From Amphiscolops sp. MND2022 (taxonomy: Eukaryota), in assembly GCA_964187785.1 (NCBI GenBank), contig OZ076409.1, positions 99,884,001 through 99,948,000 on the forward strand: 64,000 nt of DNA. Reading direction: 5' to 3'. The notes beneath the pieces were generated by a model. The model saw nothing but the letters and a program-made list of their open reading frames with translations, was not told the origin of the DNA and searched no databases. The translations under genes and the position numbers were made by a program. Below are positions 22,166 through 36,700 of the stretch, in pieces; within the stretch, counting starts at the first letter, position 1, and each line of letters opens with the position of its first letter.

Positions 22166-25100
22166 TCATCGTTCCGGAATTCGTTTTTGGAAATGGTTTG
22201 GAGTTAAGGCTTCTAAGTCAGTGACATCGCCACTGGCGAGAGCTAGAGGACGTGCGTTAAGAAATTGCTCAACCAGACAAAATTCAGTTGTTAGTACTTC
22301 ATCAGTCAGTCTACGATTGCCCAACATTCTATAGAAAAGGCGTTTACTGCTTTGGACCAATCTTTCCCACGCACCTCCCTGGTGCGCAGTGCCCGAAGGG
22401 TTGAACTTCCAGAGTAGTCTGTTCTGAATCATATTAGATTTGATTTGGCGTTCATCTACAGACTTCAAGCGTCCATGGAATTCCTTTTCGGCACCAACAA
22501 AGTTGATTCCATTATTGGACCATTTTACCTTCGGTTTGCCCCTGCGCGCTATAAAACGTTCCACACCCATTATGCAAGAATCAGCATCCATGGAGTGTGC
22601 CATCTTTATATGATACGCGCGTGTTGTGAGGCAGGTCAAGAGGAAGTCCCAGCATTTTTGAGTACTTCGACGAACTGTCTCGTACAAGGATCCGAAGTAG
22701 TCGAATCCGGTAAATGTGAATGGTTTCAGTCTGTATCCGAGTCTCTCTTTGGGAAAGTCGGACATGATGGGTATGGGCGGCCGACGTTGCTCTGAACTTA
22801 CGACAAGTAACACAATTTCTCTGAATGGACCTGAGCGTAGAGTAAAGCTTCAAAATCACTATCAAGGTGTGCTCTTTGTCACTATGCACCGATGCTTTGC
22901 AGAAACGAAGCTTATATGCTACAAAGTTCCGAGTATTTAGTGAAAGAACTGAAACTGTTTGGTAGTTGACTGTAACCTGTGCAGGGCCGTTGTGCTGTCT
23001 GTCCACATAAATACACGTTGTACTTCAACATGTAGAGCATCCAATACAAAAACCTTTATCCGAGCTGCAAGTAAAGAAGCTTGGAGTTCGAGGTTGGGGA
23101 TGGATAATGACTTCATCGGAGCAACTCTGTCTTTCCCGAAGAATGATGCACTCCCATCAGCTGTCCGTGCTTTTGCACGCAGATATGCAACCGACCGAAC
23201 ACATCTGGCAAGCTGTCCCTAAAAACATGAAGCTGAAGGCCGTCCACATTGCAAGAAAAGTAGCTTCCCGGCACTTTCGGCTCGCCAAGAAGAGTAAGAC
23301 TCCAGCGAATAAACAGGTTTGCAATGTTATCTTGGGTCCCAGTGGAGGCTATGAAGCTTCATACCATAACCATAAATGCGCTTTGATAGTGAAAGAAGCA
23401 ACAATTCCGATGGGATCGAAGACACTCGCAACACATTTTGGTACTACTCGTTGATTTAGACACACCGAAAGTTTCGGATTTGAAAAGCGACTCACAGTTA
23501 CAGTTTAAACCTAAGACATGGGTTTCGGTAACTTCATCCACTTTAGTGTCTTGGTTTATGCCTTCGAGGACTGTCTTGTTACTGCTCCTAAACTTGGTGA
23601 GCTTGAAATCAACTTTCTGGAGGCGTTTCACAAATTCCTTCAAAAACTCGATTGCTTCGTCTGTCGTGGAGAAGGAATCCAGTTAGTCGACCATATTAAA
23701 CGTCGTGAGTTCAGCTTGAGCTTATTTCGGAAATTTGTCGTAGTTGTCGCGACCTGTACATTGAAGCGCGCAGGTAGAAGAACCTTTGATGCCATAAACA
23801 TGGCGCATGTATTGGTAGACTACCACATCTGAAGTGGGATCCTCCCGCCACAGGAAGCGAAGAGAAGGCTGATCATCAGGCAAAACACCAACCTGAAACA
23901 CGCCCTCAATATCCGCGGATACAGCGACCGGCATGTTTTCACGGATGCGAATAACTGACTTCAACAGGTTCTGTATTAAGACGTGACCTGTGGGCAGGGC
24001 GTTGTTAGGAGAATGGCCATGGGCATCGGCTTGCGATTTTCTCTCCACTGTCTTAAACGTTCCGTATGACTCAAGGTCATACCAAGACTTGACAACTTGT
24101 GCAAGTTCATCGTACTTTTCGGAAGTGGCGGTGAAACATGTAGACGGGCACGAGACAGTAGATTGAACTGGTCCACTGAGGATCCATCCTAGAGCGAGGC
24201 GAAACGCAAGGGGTATCCTTAGTTCTTCGCACTGTGAAGTACTCAAGTGGTCTGTTCGCTTCGTAGGTAACCTGACCAAGAATGAAAATAACGTCTGAGT
24301 AGTGAAATGTTTCCGCAGGCACGGGTTCAAGATGTGGAAATTAGTCCTTGAGAGTTTTCAGATCAAGACTTTCAATTACCAAGGTCAAGTTTATCTTTGA
24401 CGTAAGGACTCATTGAAAAAGATTCATGCGAAGAAGGTTCTATTGGTCGTATTATCAAGTCAATTTACCCAGTCTACACTGTTTTGGTTGAATTAATTCC
24501 GTTCACAATGAGCTTCATTTGTGGACCGGTAACGTTCAATTTTGCAGCAGCGTCCTTCGCAATCCAAGATTGACTGGATGCAGAGTCACACAATGCGAAT
24601 GTTCTTAGGGACCGCTCATTGACTTCCAGACAAACTTCAACTCTTTGGAGAAGTGCTTTGACCGATGGAGGCCTTGAACACATGGTAGTACTTGCTGAGT
24701 TTTTATCTGCAGAATTGTTAGGTATGAAGCCTTTTGATTTACCTTCAGTTCCAGATTCGGCTACATCTGAGGTTCCGGTTGTACCGCGCGGCAAGACAAT
24801 GCGTTCAGCTCCGTGGAGCAACGCATTATTCGTGCTCTGGCAGATTTCTTTCGGACAATTGCAGGGACTTGGAGATTGCCGGAAACTATGATTCTTTCTC
24901 AAGCAGAAGAAACACAACTTCGCTTCGACGCAAAACTTGGCACGCTACCCTGGTGTTTTTCTTCGAACACAGGGCACTTGAACGGATGTTTGCCATTACA
25001 TAGACCTAAAGGATCTTTTTCGCGGTTTTGTGCGGATGACGAAAATGTCTTTGTTGTTTTTGGTCTGATGTTGGTGACTGCCTTCGAATCTAGTTTTTTC

Positions 25101-26800
25101 TTGACGTACTCAACATCCGATCATGCGGTCTCGCATTCTCTTGTATTCAGGAGTTGAAATCCAAGAGTGTTGGGCGCAAGAAGTTTCTTTTCATTGTTTG
25201 AAACTACCACGATTCTTTAGGATTCGGTGGTAATTTACATACTGCTTGATCCAACAAACAGGAGCTGTTGAGGTCGGCGTTGTATCCCAAAGATTGGAAG
25301 ACAGCTACAAGATTCGCTTCTCGTTTTGCGTACTGTATCACAATTATCGAACTGTGCATCTTCCTGGGAGGATAAGCATCCAACTTCTCACGACGGTTTG
25401 CGGTAATGCATTCGTATTCATTGTTCCACACTAGGCAAAACCCTCATTCGCAATTTTTGCTTTGCTGGGCACCAATGTTTTAAAGTTGTTATTTTTACAT
25501 CGTCAAAAAGCAGCGACGCATCCACCGCACTTCTGAACTGTCAGAACATATCATTCCAGTCAAGCGAGATGGTCAAGAGAGTAGCTAAATCTTTGCCAAT
25601 TAAATTTCCAATAGGCTGGGCTGAATGTGATGGAGCAGTTTAGAGGGGTTGCATGAGTGTCGAAGTCGGTCTACTTCTAATTAAAACCGTAGGTGTTGCT
25701 GCGATAGGATGATGACGTGGGTTTCCATACAGAGGTGCTATGAAAAGTAGTGCTGCGGGAAACGCAGTATTCGGCAACGTATTTGGCGAAGGAATGGCAG
25801 GTAAACGCTCCGAGGGAAATGTCACTGTGACAGGTTCATTCAATATGAGATAAACAGAACTGTATGGGAGTTGTATGGTTTCGAATGGCGGTTCGATTGC
25901 TGAGAGTTGCTACAATTACAGAAGGAACTGGTTGGGATGCGATGCCATGAGTCATTACGGTGTGCGGTGGACCAGGCAACGATGTTCCTTTCGTAGTCTG
26001 CGATTGTGATTGTCCGAGTTGAGCAGAGTTGAGGTTAAGTTGAACGTGAGTGTGTTGAAATCTTTGGATAGTTTAGGAAAGCAGCGGATGTTGTTCAACT
26101 ACACTCCGGCAGTGACTGTTAAGAACTCATTCGGATGGGTTACACTGACTTTGCTAGTCGAAGTTTCCAAAGCTTCATGTGTAGCTTCAGAAAACGCGGG
26201 TGGAAAGGTTGATTCAATCTCGAATATTGATGGATTGTTACTAAGTCGTGGCACAAAACTGCTGATACCGACCCAATTTTCAGTTCGTTTCTTCGATTGA
26301 TCGCCGCTTACACATGGAAGTGTGAGACCATCTTCCTCGGCATTCGATTCACATGAGTCCCCAACAACAGCTTCTTCGATAATGGCTTGGGCCAGACGCT
26401 GTCTGTTTTCTCTGCCTGTTCGTCCAGAGCTAGCATTTCTTTACCATTTGCTCTTCAAGTGCCAATCTTTTGAAGCTTCCTGAGCTTGTAACTTCTGTTG
26501 GGCTATGCAATACTCGGCTTCGTTTTGCTTTTCGATTTCTTTTCTTCTCATTCGAGCAAGTTTGTGCTCCTTTCGCTGACTCGATGTACCGGAGCCTTTG
26601 GAGGAAATCGTTTTGCGGGGTTGTTCACTTTCCTTCGAAATGTCCGACAAAACACTAGTTGCCTTCGAATTTCTACTTTCACTCAAAGAATCAATGTATT
26701 CTCGTCCCGTAGTGATGAAACATTTGTGACGGCTAATGAAATCTTTCAACCAAGTTTCTAAACTCTGCAAATTTCATCTTTATTGGTAGCACGAGTACCA
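22166..26800 (-). pseudogene. Fragmented BEL/Pao gag-pol
   Basis: Fragments CFFCL..H (knuckle), ALCDSAS (protease), LGWILSGP, ADIEGVFQV..LRFLW (RT), GFDYFG / SNNGINF / GGAWERLV (integrase); many stops and frameshifts. Confidence 0.9.
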
Positions 26801-28060
26801 ACTTCGGTCGCTTCGATAATCAGTGAATGTTGAGCTTTGAGTTTCGTTTCTAATATAGTTCGAGCGTCAAAACCTTTTCAGAATTTTTTGTTTCAACCTT
26901 GGGTTATTCAAACCAGTACTAGCGGGGGGAAACTTTGCTTTAGGGAGAAGAGACACTCAAACCTCGAAGTAATCGAATTTCTAGGAGACTCTTGAACTGA
27001 CTCGCTAAAGTGAGAAAACAGGATAGTTGTCTTTTTGCAGAAAACTGCACTTGGGGTTGGTAGGATATGGCTTGGAAGTATTGACCTTCGTGCCGCGAAG
27101 TAGTGAATCTTCTTGAGTCATTCGCGAGAAAACTTCCAAACAGTAGGAATCTAGAGAAACTAAAATTTTTTGCGAGCGTTCCTCCTTTTTTCCGAGGGGC
27201 GTCGTGTGTTACACCGATTTTTAAGACCTTTCAAGTTATCTTCATGTCTCAAGGATGTCAAGAGGAGTTTCAATTCAGGCTGATGACTGAGATGTAGTCG
27301 ATTCAACTGTTTTCAAAAAAGAGGGTTTTCCGACTTCGGGGGAGAGAGGTACTTTTCAACGTCAATGACTCCTATTTTTGACTGAAAAAGGGTTTTTACA
27401 ACGTTGGGGAGCCCAGCTTATTTAGTGTAAACAATAGACCTTTTTTTGTCTGTCCTTTCAGTGCGCGAGTATATGTAACAGCTCTTCTATGAGACAAGTT
27501 CTGTTACCATCACTTCGTTGAGGGAGGAGAGAGGGTGTTGTTGAAAAGGTCGTGCCAAAGTAAAACGGCACCTTTGGTACTCAAAGAACATCCTTTCAAC
27601 AAATTTTGCATCTTTTTTGCAGGAGTTGCAGAGGAATAAGGCTCAACCCAGAAGCAGCGAAATTTTGAGAGCGAAGTTGCTTCTGAAGTCGTTAGGGGCA
27701 GCGTGTAGGGAGTGTCGAAGAGAACTAGCACCAACTACATGAACCATGGGGTCAAACAGCTGTTAAGGGACAGGACTGTGTCAAAGTGACAAAGTATGTT
27801 TGAAACAACAAATGAGTATTAAGTTTTGTGTTCAAGTTTTTGTTTTTACGTCACCGCAATGATGTCTTCAGATATCGTGATAGGAGTGTTGCCTTCGGAG
27901 TTGCACTACTGGGATGTCAGCAGGAAGGTTGAGTCAAATCGTCCACACAATTGAAAGACTGCGAAGACCTGGAAATCAAGTCGCATGGAGTACGCCGTAT
28001 AGCGTCGGTTCAGATAGCCATATCAACGTAGGTCGAATCCGGGTCGGCGGACCATATAAA

Positions 28061-28509
28061 TGTGCGGTCCAGACGCTCGTTCCCAGGGAAATTAGCGATG
28101 TTAAAAAGAAGATTGTATTTAACACGTAATCAAAGAGAATATTGATGTTGTTTCAGTGTTCGGAAATGAAACCATGGTCGATATAAACAGTACGAATATA
28201 CAATGATGTAACACTGACACGAAAAGGCACGTCGGCAAATTTGGTATACAAAAGTTCATTGACAATATAGTTGTTTACAAACAATGACTGTAATTAAATG
28301 ACATTAATTGGATAACCCTAAAAAGGATGAAGGTCAAACGTCTGGGTCGGGAAACGTCACGGAAGGTCATTGCTGAAATTCGAGTTGCAGAAAGGTAAAG
28401 AGTTTCGGCTCCTTGAGGGTTCGAACCTATACCCCTGCTCTCCGAGCCCGGTACGGTACCGCTAGACCATTGCTTTGAAACCATTCGTTTTTTCTAGTGG
28501 TCAGTAACA
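28061..28509 (-). repeat. BEL/Pao 5' LTR (further copies at 31218-31666 and 34331-34779)
   Basis: Homologous to 21654-22107; followed on minus strand by TGGTCCGCCGACCCGGA PBS. Confidence 0.9.
28407..28482 (-). other. tRNA-like sequence with Pol III A/B boxes inside BEL LTR (not called as a functional tRNA)
   Basis: 76 nt; TGGTCTAGCGG (A-box-like), GGTTCGAACCC (B-box), GGTTTC/GGAGCC acceptor-like pairing. Confidence 0.55.
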
Positions 28510-30329
28510 ACTTGACTTGAAGAGTGTTTGCGTGACGAAAGTTAGGTTTAAAAATCTTGTGGTGCCTAAAGTTGATCGAAACTTCAAGTTTCACTCATAC
28601 TTCGAATGTTTCATCGCATTTCAGGATACTTGAATATTCGTTTTGTAGGATATTCGAACTTTATTTTTTGTTTTGAAATATTTCAAATCTTCCGTTGGGC
28701 GACGCTTGCTTCAAGAATTGACAAAGAATGTTGTAATTACAAGGTGAGAAAAACATCTCTCGTATGAATTTTTCAACCTAAGTTGCCGCTATTTTTCAAT
28801 TTTTTTGAACACTGATGCCTTCTATCATCAAATTATGCCAATGAGGTTTTTAATGGCCCCTATAGCACTTGAGGACACTAATAGGCACCGAACATCTTGA
28901 AGTGGCCACTATGTAGACAAGCAAAGATGGTCGAAGGATGAAATGCAGGACTGTTAACCGAAAATCTGTTTTCGCGGCACAATTTTTTCATTTTTTTCGG
29001 AGAAAACTGAACTTTTTCAGTATCAGCTCACTGGCCTTGTTGGAGCTGGGATGGAAAAGACCTCGGTCTATAGTGGAATACCATGAAATGTCAACCCACG
29101 GCTTTCTGCTGACAATGCTGCTATATTCGGGGTGCAGAAAAATCTTCAGGCACGATACTGATGATACTACCTGCCAGCTTCAAAATGCAGTAGTCGTGTT
29201 TTATTATTTAGTCATGAAACTATTTATTTATTTACTTATTTAGGAACATTTTTTCCTGAAATTGAAAAAGCATCCAGAGATGCCAAAATACTTTTTTGAG
29301 CGTTTTACATTTCGACTTGGTCCTGTTTGCACACTTTTTATTATTTTTGTCAGGATGTGGTTTCTTCGACAATTTCATTTCACTGAAAGGTCCACGTTTG
29401 TTTTCCTACTTTTTTACATTTCAGTTTTGAACCCAATCCAGAATGTTTGCTCAATTTGACTGCTTCTGTTCGAAAAAACAAAAAATCAACCAAAAGAAAT
29501 TTTCACATTGGAACACAAAATTTTTATTTCACTTTTTTCTTCGCGGAAGGAATTGAAAACAAGTCACGACAGTTAAAAACAGCAAAAAAATCGGAAACTA
29601 CCGCAATTCGAGCCCAAAACTCCTGCTTCTAAAGCCAATGCTATAACCTCAGGACCAAATGCCAAAAAAAATTTAAAGGGCACATTGGCAGCCCAATCCG
29701 TTTTCGCCACAAATCTTTCCTTATCTGTCTATTAAAAAAGTATCTGTAACAGTCGCTCGATTTCAGCGTTAACTAAAAACGCCGAATAAAAAAGAAGTTT
29801 CTCTAAAATTTGGTTGATTTTGGTCGTAACTAAATGCTCCAAAAAGAACCCGGCACCTTGGTTCCAGGACAAAACGGCGGATTTTGCTCGATTGTGATTC
29901 CGATAACTTTCGATAAACAAATTTTAAAATCCTCAATAAATAAAAAACTTGGATAAACCCCAGAAACCACTCGCTAATCGTACGCAAAAATGGGGTCAAG
30001 AAAAGTTTCCTCGAAAATACTTCCGGTCCCGGGTTGACCACCATACGAAAGACATGTAGATCATAAAATGTCATATATGGTGTTTATGAAATCAGTTTAG
30101 CCATAAAATGACCAAACAAAAAGATCTATGGTCATTTTATGAGAAACATGTTTTCCATACTATGGTCATTTTATGGAATGAATGGTTTCCATAATTTGTT
30201 CAAACTATGAAAAACGTGCTTCTTAAACAAGTTTTCACTGTCAACATTAATTAGGCAGAACTTAGAGTTCCTCTGTCTAACACGGTGACTTTTTTCGGTT
30301 TTTCAGCTTTAAAACTTCAAAAACATACT

Positions 30330-30700
30330 TTAAAAACATGCATTCCATGAAAAAACCATACTTTGAAAACATGGGTTCAAATTATGTTGAGCTTTCAGCA
30401 AAAGTGGCCACTTCCAGAAGAATTTATGAGTCCTAATATGTTCTTGTATTTTGTGAGGATAGTAACAGAAGAGCAGGTTTCATCAAAGTGCCATACTTCA
30501 AAAAACATGATTTCCATAAGAGGGCCATACTTAAAAAACATGGTATCCATAGAATGACCATACTTGAAAACATGGTTTCCATGAAAGGGTCATATTTGAA
30601 AATATGGTTTCCATGAAAGGGCCATACTTGAAAGCATGGTTTTTTTTAAAAGGGCCATACAATTATATGAAATCATGCAATCCATACAATGATCATATAT
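30330..30700. repeat. ~32-bp minisatellite (also in units 2 and 3)
   Basis: Repeats of GGCCATACTTGAAAACATGGTTTCCATGAAAG. Confidence 0.8.
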
Positions 30701-33700
30701 GGAAAACATTAAAGTCATAACAAGAACATAAAATGTTTTCTGTTTAATATATGGAAACCTTTTATGGTTTGCATGTCAGGTCAACCTTCGTAAACTTGGT
30801 GGGACTACACTGCAACATTCACTGTTGAAACTCAATTCGAAAACACTTTTAGCTTCGGAACCGACACGATCACGTTGCACTCGCTCTTTGATTTCTCAAC
30901 TACTCATCTGGTGTAACCACCGCTTCTCAAATAGCACGCTTAAAATGACCCTGGTTTGAACTTCTTAATGGGGAATGGCGTCAAATCGCATTGAAATGGT
31001 GGTAAATGGATATAATCGCCGCTACATTAAAGAATAAAACTGCTTCCTAATGGAACCAGCAAAACCTTGAAACTTCGAATGTTTAGATGTTTCCTTGATA
31101 AAAGCTGGGTACAAGAAAGTTTCAGCGCATGAAAGTGTATGAAACAGTTTTTTTTAAACAATAGGTAATTAATATTGTTCACAACCTTCAAAAACATGGG
31201 AAAAAGGACCATATAAATGTGCGGTCCAGACGCTCGTTCCCAGGGAAATTAGCGATGTTAAAAAGAAGATTGTATTTAACACGTAATCAAAGAGAATATT
31301 GATGTTGTTTCAGTGTTCGGAAATGAAACCATGGTCAATATAAACAGTACGAATATACAATGATGTAACACTGACACGAAAAGGCACGTCGGCAATTTTG
31401 GTATACAAAAGTTCATTGACAATATAGTTGTTTACAAACAATGACTGTAATTAAATGTCATTATTTGGATAACCCTAAAAAGGATGAAGGTCAAACGTCT
31501 GGATCGGGAAACGTCACGGAAGGTCATTGCTGAAATTCGAGTTGCAGAAAGGTAAAGAGTTTCGGCTCCTTGAGGGTTCGAACCTATACCCCTGCTCTCC
31601 GAGCCCGGTACGGTACCGCTAGACCATTGCTTTGAAACCATTCGTTTTTTCTAGTGGTCAGTAACAACTTGACTTGAAGAGTGTTTGCGTGACGAAAGTT
31701 AGGTTTAAAAATCTTGTGGTGCCTAAAGTTGATCGAAACTTCAAGTTTCACTCATACTTCGAATGTTTCATCGCATTTCAGGATACTTGAATATTCGTCC
31801 GTTGGGCGACGCTTGCTTCAAGAATTGACAAAGAATGTTGTAATTACAAGGTGAGAAAAACATCTCTCGTATGAATTTTTCAACCTAAGTTGCCGCTATT
31901 TTTCAATTTTTTCGAACACTGATGCCTTCTATCATCAAATTATGCTAATGAGGTTTTTAATGGCCCCTATAGCACTTGAGGACACTAATAGGCACCGAAC
32001 ATCTTGAAGTGGCCACTATGTAGACAAGCAAAGATGGTCGAAGGATGAAATGCAGGACTGTTAACCGAAAATCTGTTTTCGCGGCACAATTTTTTCATTT
32101 TTTTTGGAGAAAACTGAACTTTTTCAGTATCAGCTCACTGGCCTTGTTGGAGCTGGGATGGAAAAGACCTCGGTCTATAGTGGAATACCATGAAATGTCA
32201 ACCCACGGCTTTCTGCTGACAATGCTGCTATATTCGGGGTGCAGAAAAATCTTCAGGCACGATACTGATGATACTACCTGCCAGCTTCAAAATGCAGTAG
32301 TCGTGTTTTAATATTTAGTCATGAAACTATTTATTTATTTACTTATTTAGGAACATTTTTTCCTGAAATTGAAAAAGCATCCAGAGATGCCAAAACTACT
32401 TTTTTGAGCGTTTTACATTTCGACTTGGTCCTGTTTGCACACTTTGTATTATTTTTGTCAGGATGTGGTTTCTTCGACAATTTCGACATTTCACTGAAAG
32501 GTCCACGTTTGTTTTCCTATTTTTTTACATTTCAGTTTTGAACCCAATCCAGAGTGTTTGCTCAATTTGACTGCTTCTGTTCGAAAAAACAAAAAATCAA
32601 CCAAAAGAAATTTTCACATTGGAACACAAAATTTTTATTTCACTTTTTTCTTCGCGGAAGGAATTGAAAACAAGTCACGACAGTTAAAAACAGCAAAAAA
32701 AATCGGAAACTACCGCAATTCGAGCCCAAAACTCCTGCTTCTAAAGCCAATGCTATAACCTCAGGACCAAATGCCAAAAAAAATTTAAAGGGCACATTGG
32801 CAGCCCAATCCGTTTTCGCCACAAATCTTTCCTTATCTGTCTATTAAAAAAGTATCTGTAACAGTCGCTCGATTTCAGCGTTAACTAAAAACGCCGAATA
32901 AAAAAAGAAGTTTCTCTAAAATTTGGTTGATTTTGGTCGTAACTAAATGCTCCAAAAAGAACCCGGCACCTTGGTTCCAGGACAAAACGGCGGATTTTGC
33001 TCGATTGTGATTCCGATAACTTTCGATAAACAAATTTTAAAATCCTCAATAAATAAAAAACTTGGATAAACCCCAGAAACCACTCGCTAATCGTACGCAA
33101 AAATGGGGTCAAGAAAAGTTTCCTCGAAAATACTTCCGGTCCCGGGTTGACCACCATACGAAAGACATGTAGATCATAAAATGTCATATATGGTGTTTAT
33201 GAAATCAGTTTAGCCATAAAATGACCAAACAAAAAGATCTATGGTCATTTTATGAGAAACATGTTTTCCATACTATGGTCATTTTATGGAATGAATGGTT
33301 TCCATAATTTGTTCAAACTATGAAAAACGTGCTTCTTAAACAAGTTTTCACTGTCAACATTAATTAGGCAGAACTTAGAGTTCCTCTGTCTAACACGGTG
33401 ACTTTTTTCGGTTTTTCAGCTTTAAAACTTCAAAAACATACTTTAAAAACATGCATTCCATGAAAAAACCATACTTTGAAAACATGGGTTCAAATTATGT
33501 TGAGCTTTCAGCAAAAGTGGCCACTTCCAGAAGAATTTATGAGTCCTAATATGTTCTTGTATTTTGTGAGGATAGTAACAGAAGAGCAGGTTTCATCAAA
33601 GTGCCATACTTCAAAAAACATGATTTCCATAAGAGGGCCATACTTAAAAAACATGGTATCCATAGAATGACCATACTTGAAAACATGGTTTCCATGAAAG

Positions 33701-36700
33701 GGTCATATTTGAAAACATGGTTTCCATGAAAGGGCCATACTTGAAAGCATGGTTTTTTTTAAAAGGGCCATACAATTATATGAAATCATGCAATCCATAC
33801 AATGATCATATATGGAAAACATTAAAGTCATAACAAGAACATAAAATGTTTTCTGTTTAATATATGGAAACCTTTTATGGTTTGCATGTCAGGTCAACCT
33901 TCGTAAACTTGGTGGGACTACACTGCAACATTCACTGTTGAAACTCAATTCGAAAACACTTTTAGCTTCGGAACCGACACGATCACGTTGCACTCGCTCT
34001 TTGATTTCTCAACTACTCATCTGGTGTAACCACCGCTTCTCAAATAGCACGCTTAAAATGACCCTGGTTTGAACTTCTTAATGGGGAATGGCGTCAAATC
34101 GCATTGAAATGGTGGTAAATGGATATAATCGCCGCTACATTAAAGAATAAAACTGCTTCCTAATGGAACCAGCAAAACCTTGAAACTTCGAATGTTTAGA
34201 TGTTTCCTTGATAAAAGCTGGGTACAAGAAAGTTTCAGCGCATGAAAGTGTATGAAACAGTTTTTTTTAAACAATAGGTAATTAATATTGTTCACAACCT
34301 TCAAAAACATGGGAAAAAGGACCATATAAATGTGCGGTCCAGACGCTCGTTCCCAGGGAAATTAGCGATGTTAAAAAGAAGATTGTATTTAACACGTAAT
34401 CAAAGAGAATATTGATGTTGTTTCAGTGTTCGGAAATGAAACCATGGTCAATATAAACAGTACGAATATACAATGATGTAACACTGACACGAAAAGGCAC
34501 GTCGGCAATTTTGGTATACAAAAGTTCATTGACAATATAGTTGTTTACAAACAATGACTGTAATTAAATGTCATTATTTGGATAACCCTAAAAAGGATGA
34601 AGGTCAAACGTCTGGATCGGGAAACGTCACGGAAGGTCATTGCTGAAATTCGAGTTGCAGAAAGGTAAAGAGTTTCGGCTCCTTGAGGGTTCGAACCTAT
34701 ACCCCTGCTCTCCGAGCCCGGTACGGTACCGCTAGACCATTGCTTTGAAACCATTCGTTTTTTCTAGTGGTCAGTAACAACTTGACTTGAAGAGTGTTTG
34801 CGTGACGAAAGTTAGGTTTAAAAATCTTGTGGTGCCTAAAGTTGATCGAAACTTCAAGTTTCACTCATACTTCGAATGTTTCATCGCATTTCAGGATACT
34901 TGAATATTCGTTTTGTAGGATATTCGAACTTTATTTTTTGTTTTGAAATATTTCAAATCTTCCGCTGGGCGACGCTTGCTTCAAGAATTGACAAAGAATG
35001 TTGTAATTACAAGGTGAGAAAAACATCTCTCGTATGAATTTTTCAACCTAAGTTGCCGCTATTTTTCAATTTTTTTGAACACTGATGCCTTCTATCATCA
35101 AATTATGCTAATGAGGTTTTTAATGGCCCCTATAGCACTTGAGGACACTAATAGGCACCGAACATCTTGAAGTGGCCACTATGTAGACAAGCAAAGATGG
35201 TCGAAGGATGAAATGCAGGACTGTTAACCGAAAATCTGTTTTCGCGGCACAATTTTTTCATTTTTTTTTGGAGAAAACTGAACTTTTTCAGTATCAGCTC
35301 ACTGGCCTTGTTGGAGCTGGGATGGAAAAGACCTCGGTCTATAGTGGAATACCATGAAATGTCAACCCACGGCTTTCTGCTGACAATGCTGCTATATTCG
35401 GGGTGCAGAAAAATCTTCAGGCACGATACTGATGATACTACCTGCCAGCTTCAAAATGCAGTAGTCGTGTTTTAATATTTAGTCATGAAACTATTTATTT
35501 ATTTACTTATTTAGGAACATTTTTTCCTGAAATTGAAAAAGCATCCAGAGATGCCAAAACTACTTTTTTGAGCGTTTTACATTTCGACTTGGTCCTGTTT
35601 GCACACTTTGTATTATTTTTGTCAGGATGTGGTTTCTTCGACAATTTCGACATTTCACTGAAAGGTCCACGTTTGTTTTCCTATTTTTTTACATTTCAGT
35701 TTTGAACCCAATCCAGAGTGTTTGCTCAATTTGACTGCTTCTGTTCGGAAAAACAATAAATCAACCAAAAGAAATTTTCACATTGGAACACAAAATTTTT
35801 ATTTCACTTTTTTCTTCGCGGAAGGAATTGAAAACAAGTCACGACAGTTAAAAACAGCAAAAAAATCGGAAACTACCGCAATTCGAGCCCAAAACTCCTG
35901 CTTCTAAAGCCAATGCTATAACCTCAGGACCAAATGCCAAAAAAAATTTAAAGGGCACATTGGCAGCCCAATCCGTTTTCGCCACAAATCTTTCCTTATC
36001 TGTCTATTAAAAAAGTATCTGTAACAGTCGCTCGATTTCAGCGTTAACTAAAAACGCCGAATAAAAAAGAAGTTTCTCTAAAATTTGGTTGATTTTGGTC
36101 GTAACTAAATGCTCCAAAAAGAACCCGGTACCTTGGTTCCAGGACAAAACGGCGGATTTTGCTCGATTGTGATTCCGATAACTTTCGATAAACAAATTTT
36201 AAAATCCTCAATAAATAATAAAACTTGGATAAACCCTAGAAACCACTCGCTAATCGTACGCAAAAATGGGGTCAAGAAAAGTTTCCTCGAAAATACTTCC
36301 GGTCCCGGGTTGACCACCATACGAAAGACATGTAGATCATAAAATGTCATATATGGTGTTTATGAAATCAGTTTAGCCATAAAATGACCATACAAAAAGA
36401 TCTATGGTCATTTTATGAGAAACATGTTTTCCATACTATGGTCATTTCATGGAAAGAATGGTTTCCATAATTTGTTCAAACTATGAAAAACGTGCTTCTT
36501 AAACAAGTTTTCACTGTCAACATTAATTAGGCAGAACTTAGAGTTCCTCTGTCTAACACGGTGACTTTTTTCGGTTTTTCAGCTTTAAAGCTTCAAAAAC
36601 ATACTTTAAAAACATGCATTCCATGAAAAAACCATACTTTGAAAACATGGGTTCAAATTATGTTGAGCTTTCAGCAAAAGTGGCCACTTCCAGAAGAAAC

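Larger units (their letters stand above)
21654..28509 (-). mobile_element. Degenerate BEL/Pao LTR retrotransposon
   Basis: ~450-bp LTRs (21654-22107, 28061-28509), visibly diverged; TSD ACTTG at 21649-21653 and 28510-28514; PPT 22108-22120; PBS near 28031-28054. Confidence 0.93.

Noticed and set aside
28407..28482. Functional tRNA gene
   Set aside because: D-arm and anticodon arm are non-canonical, and the sequence diverges between the two LTRs.
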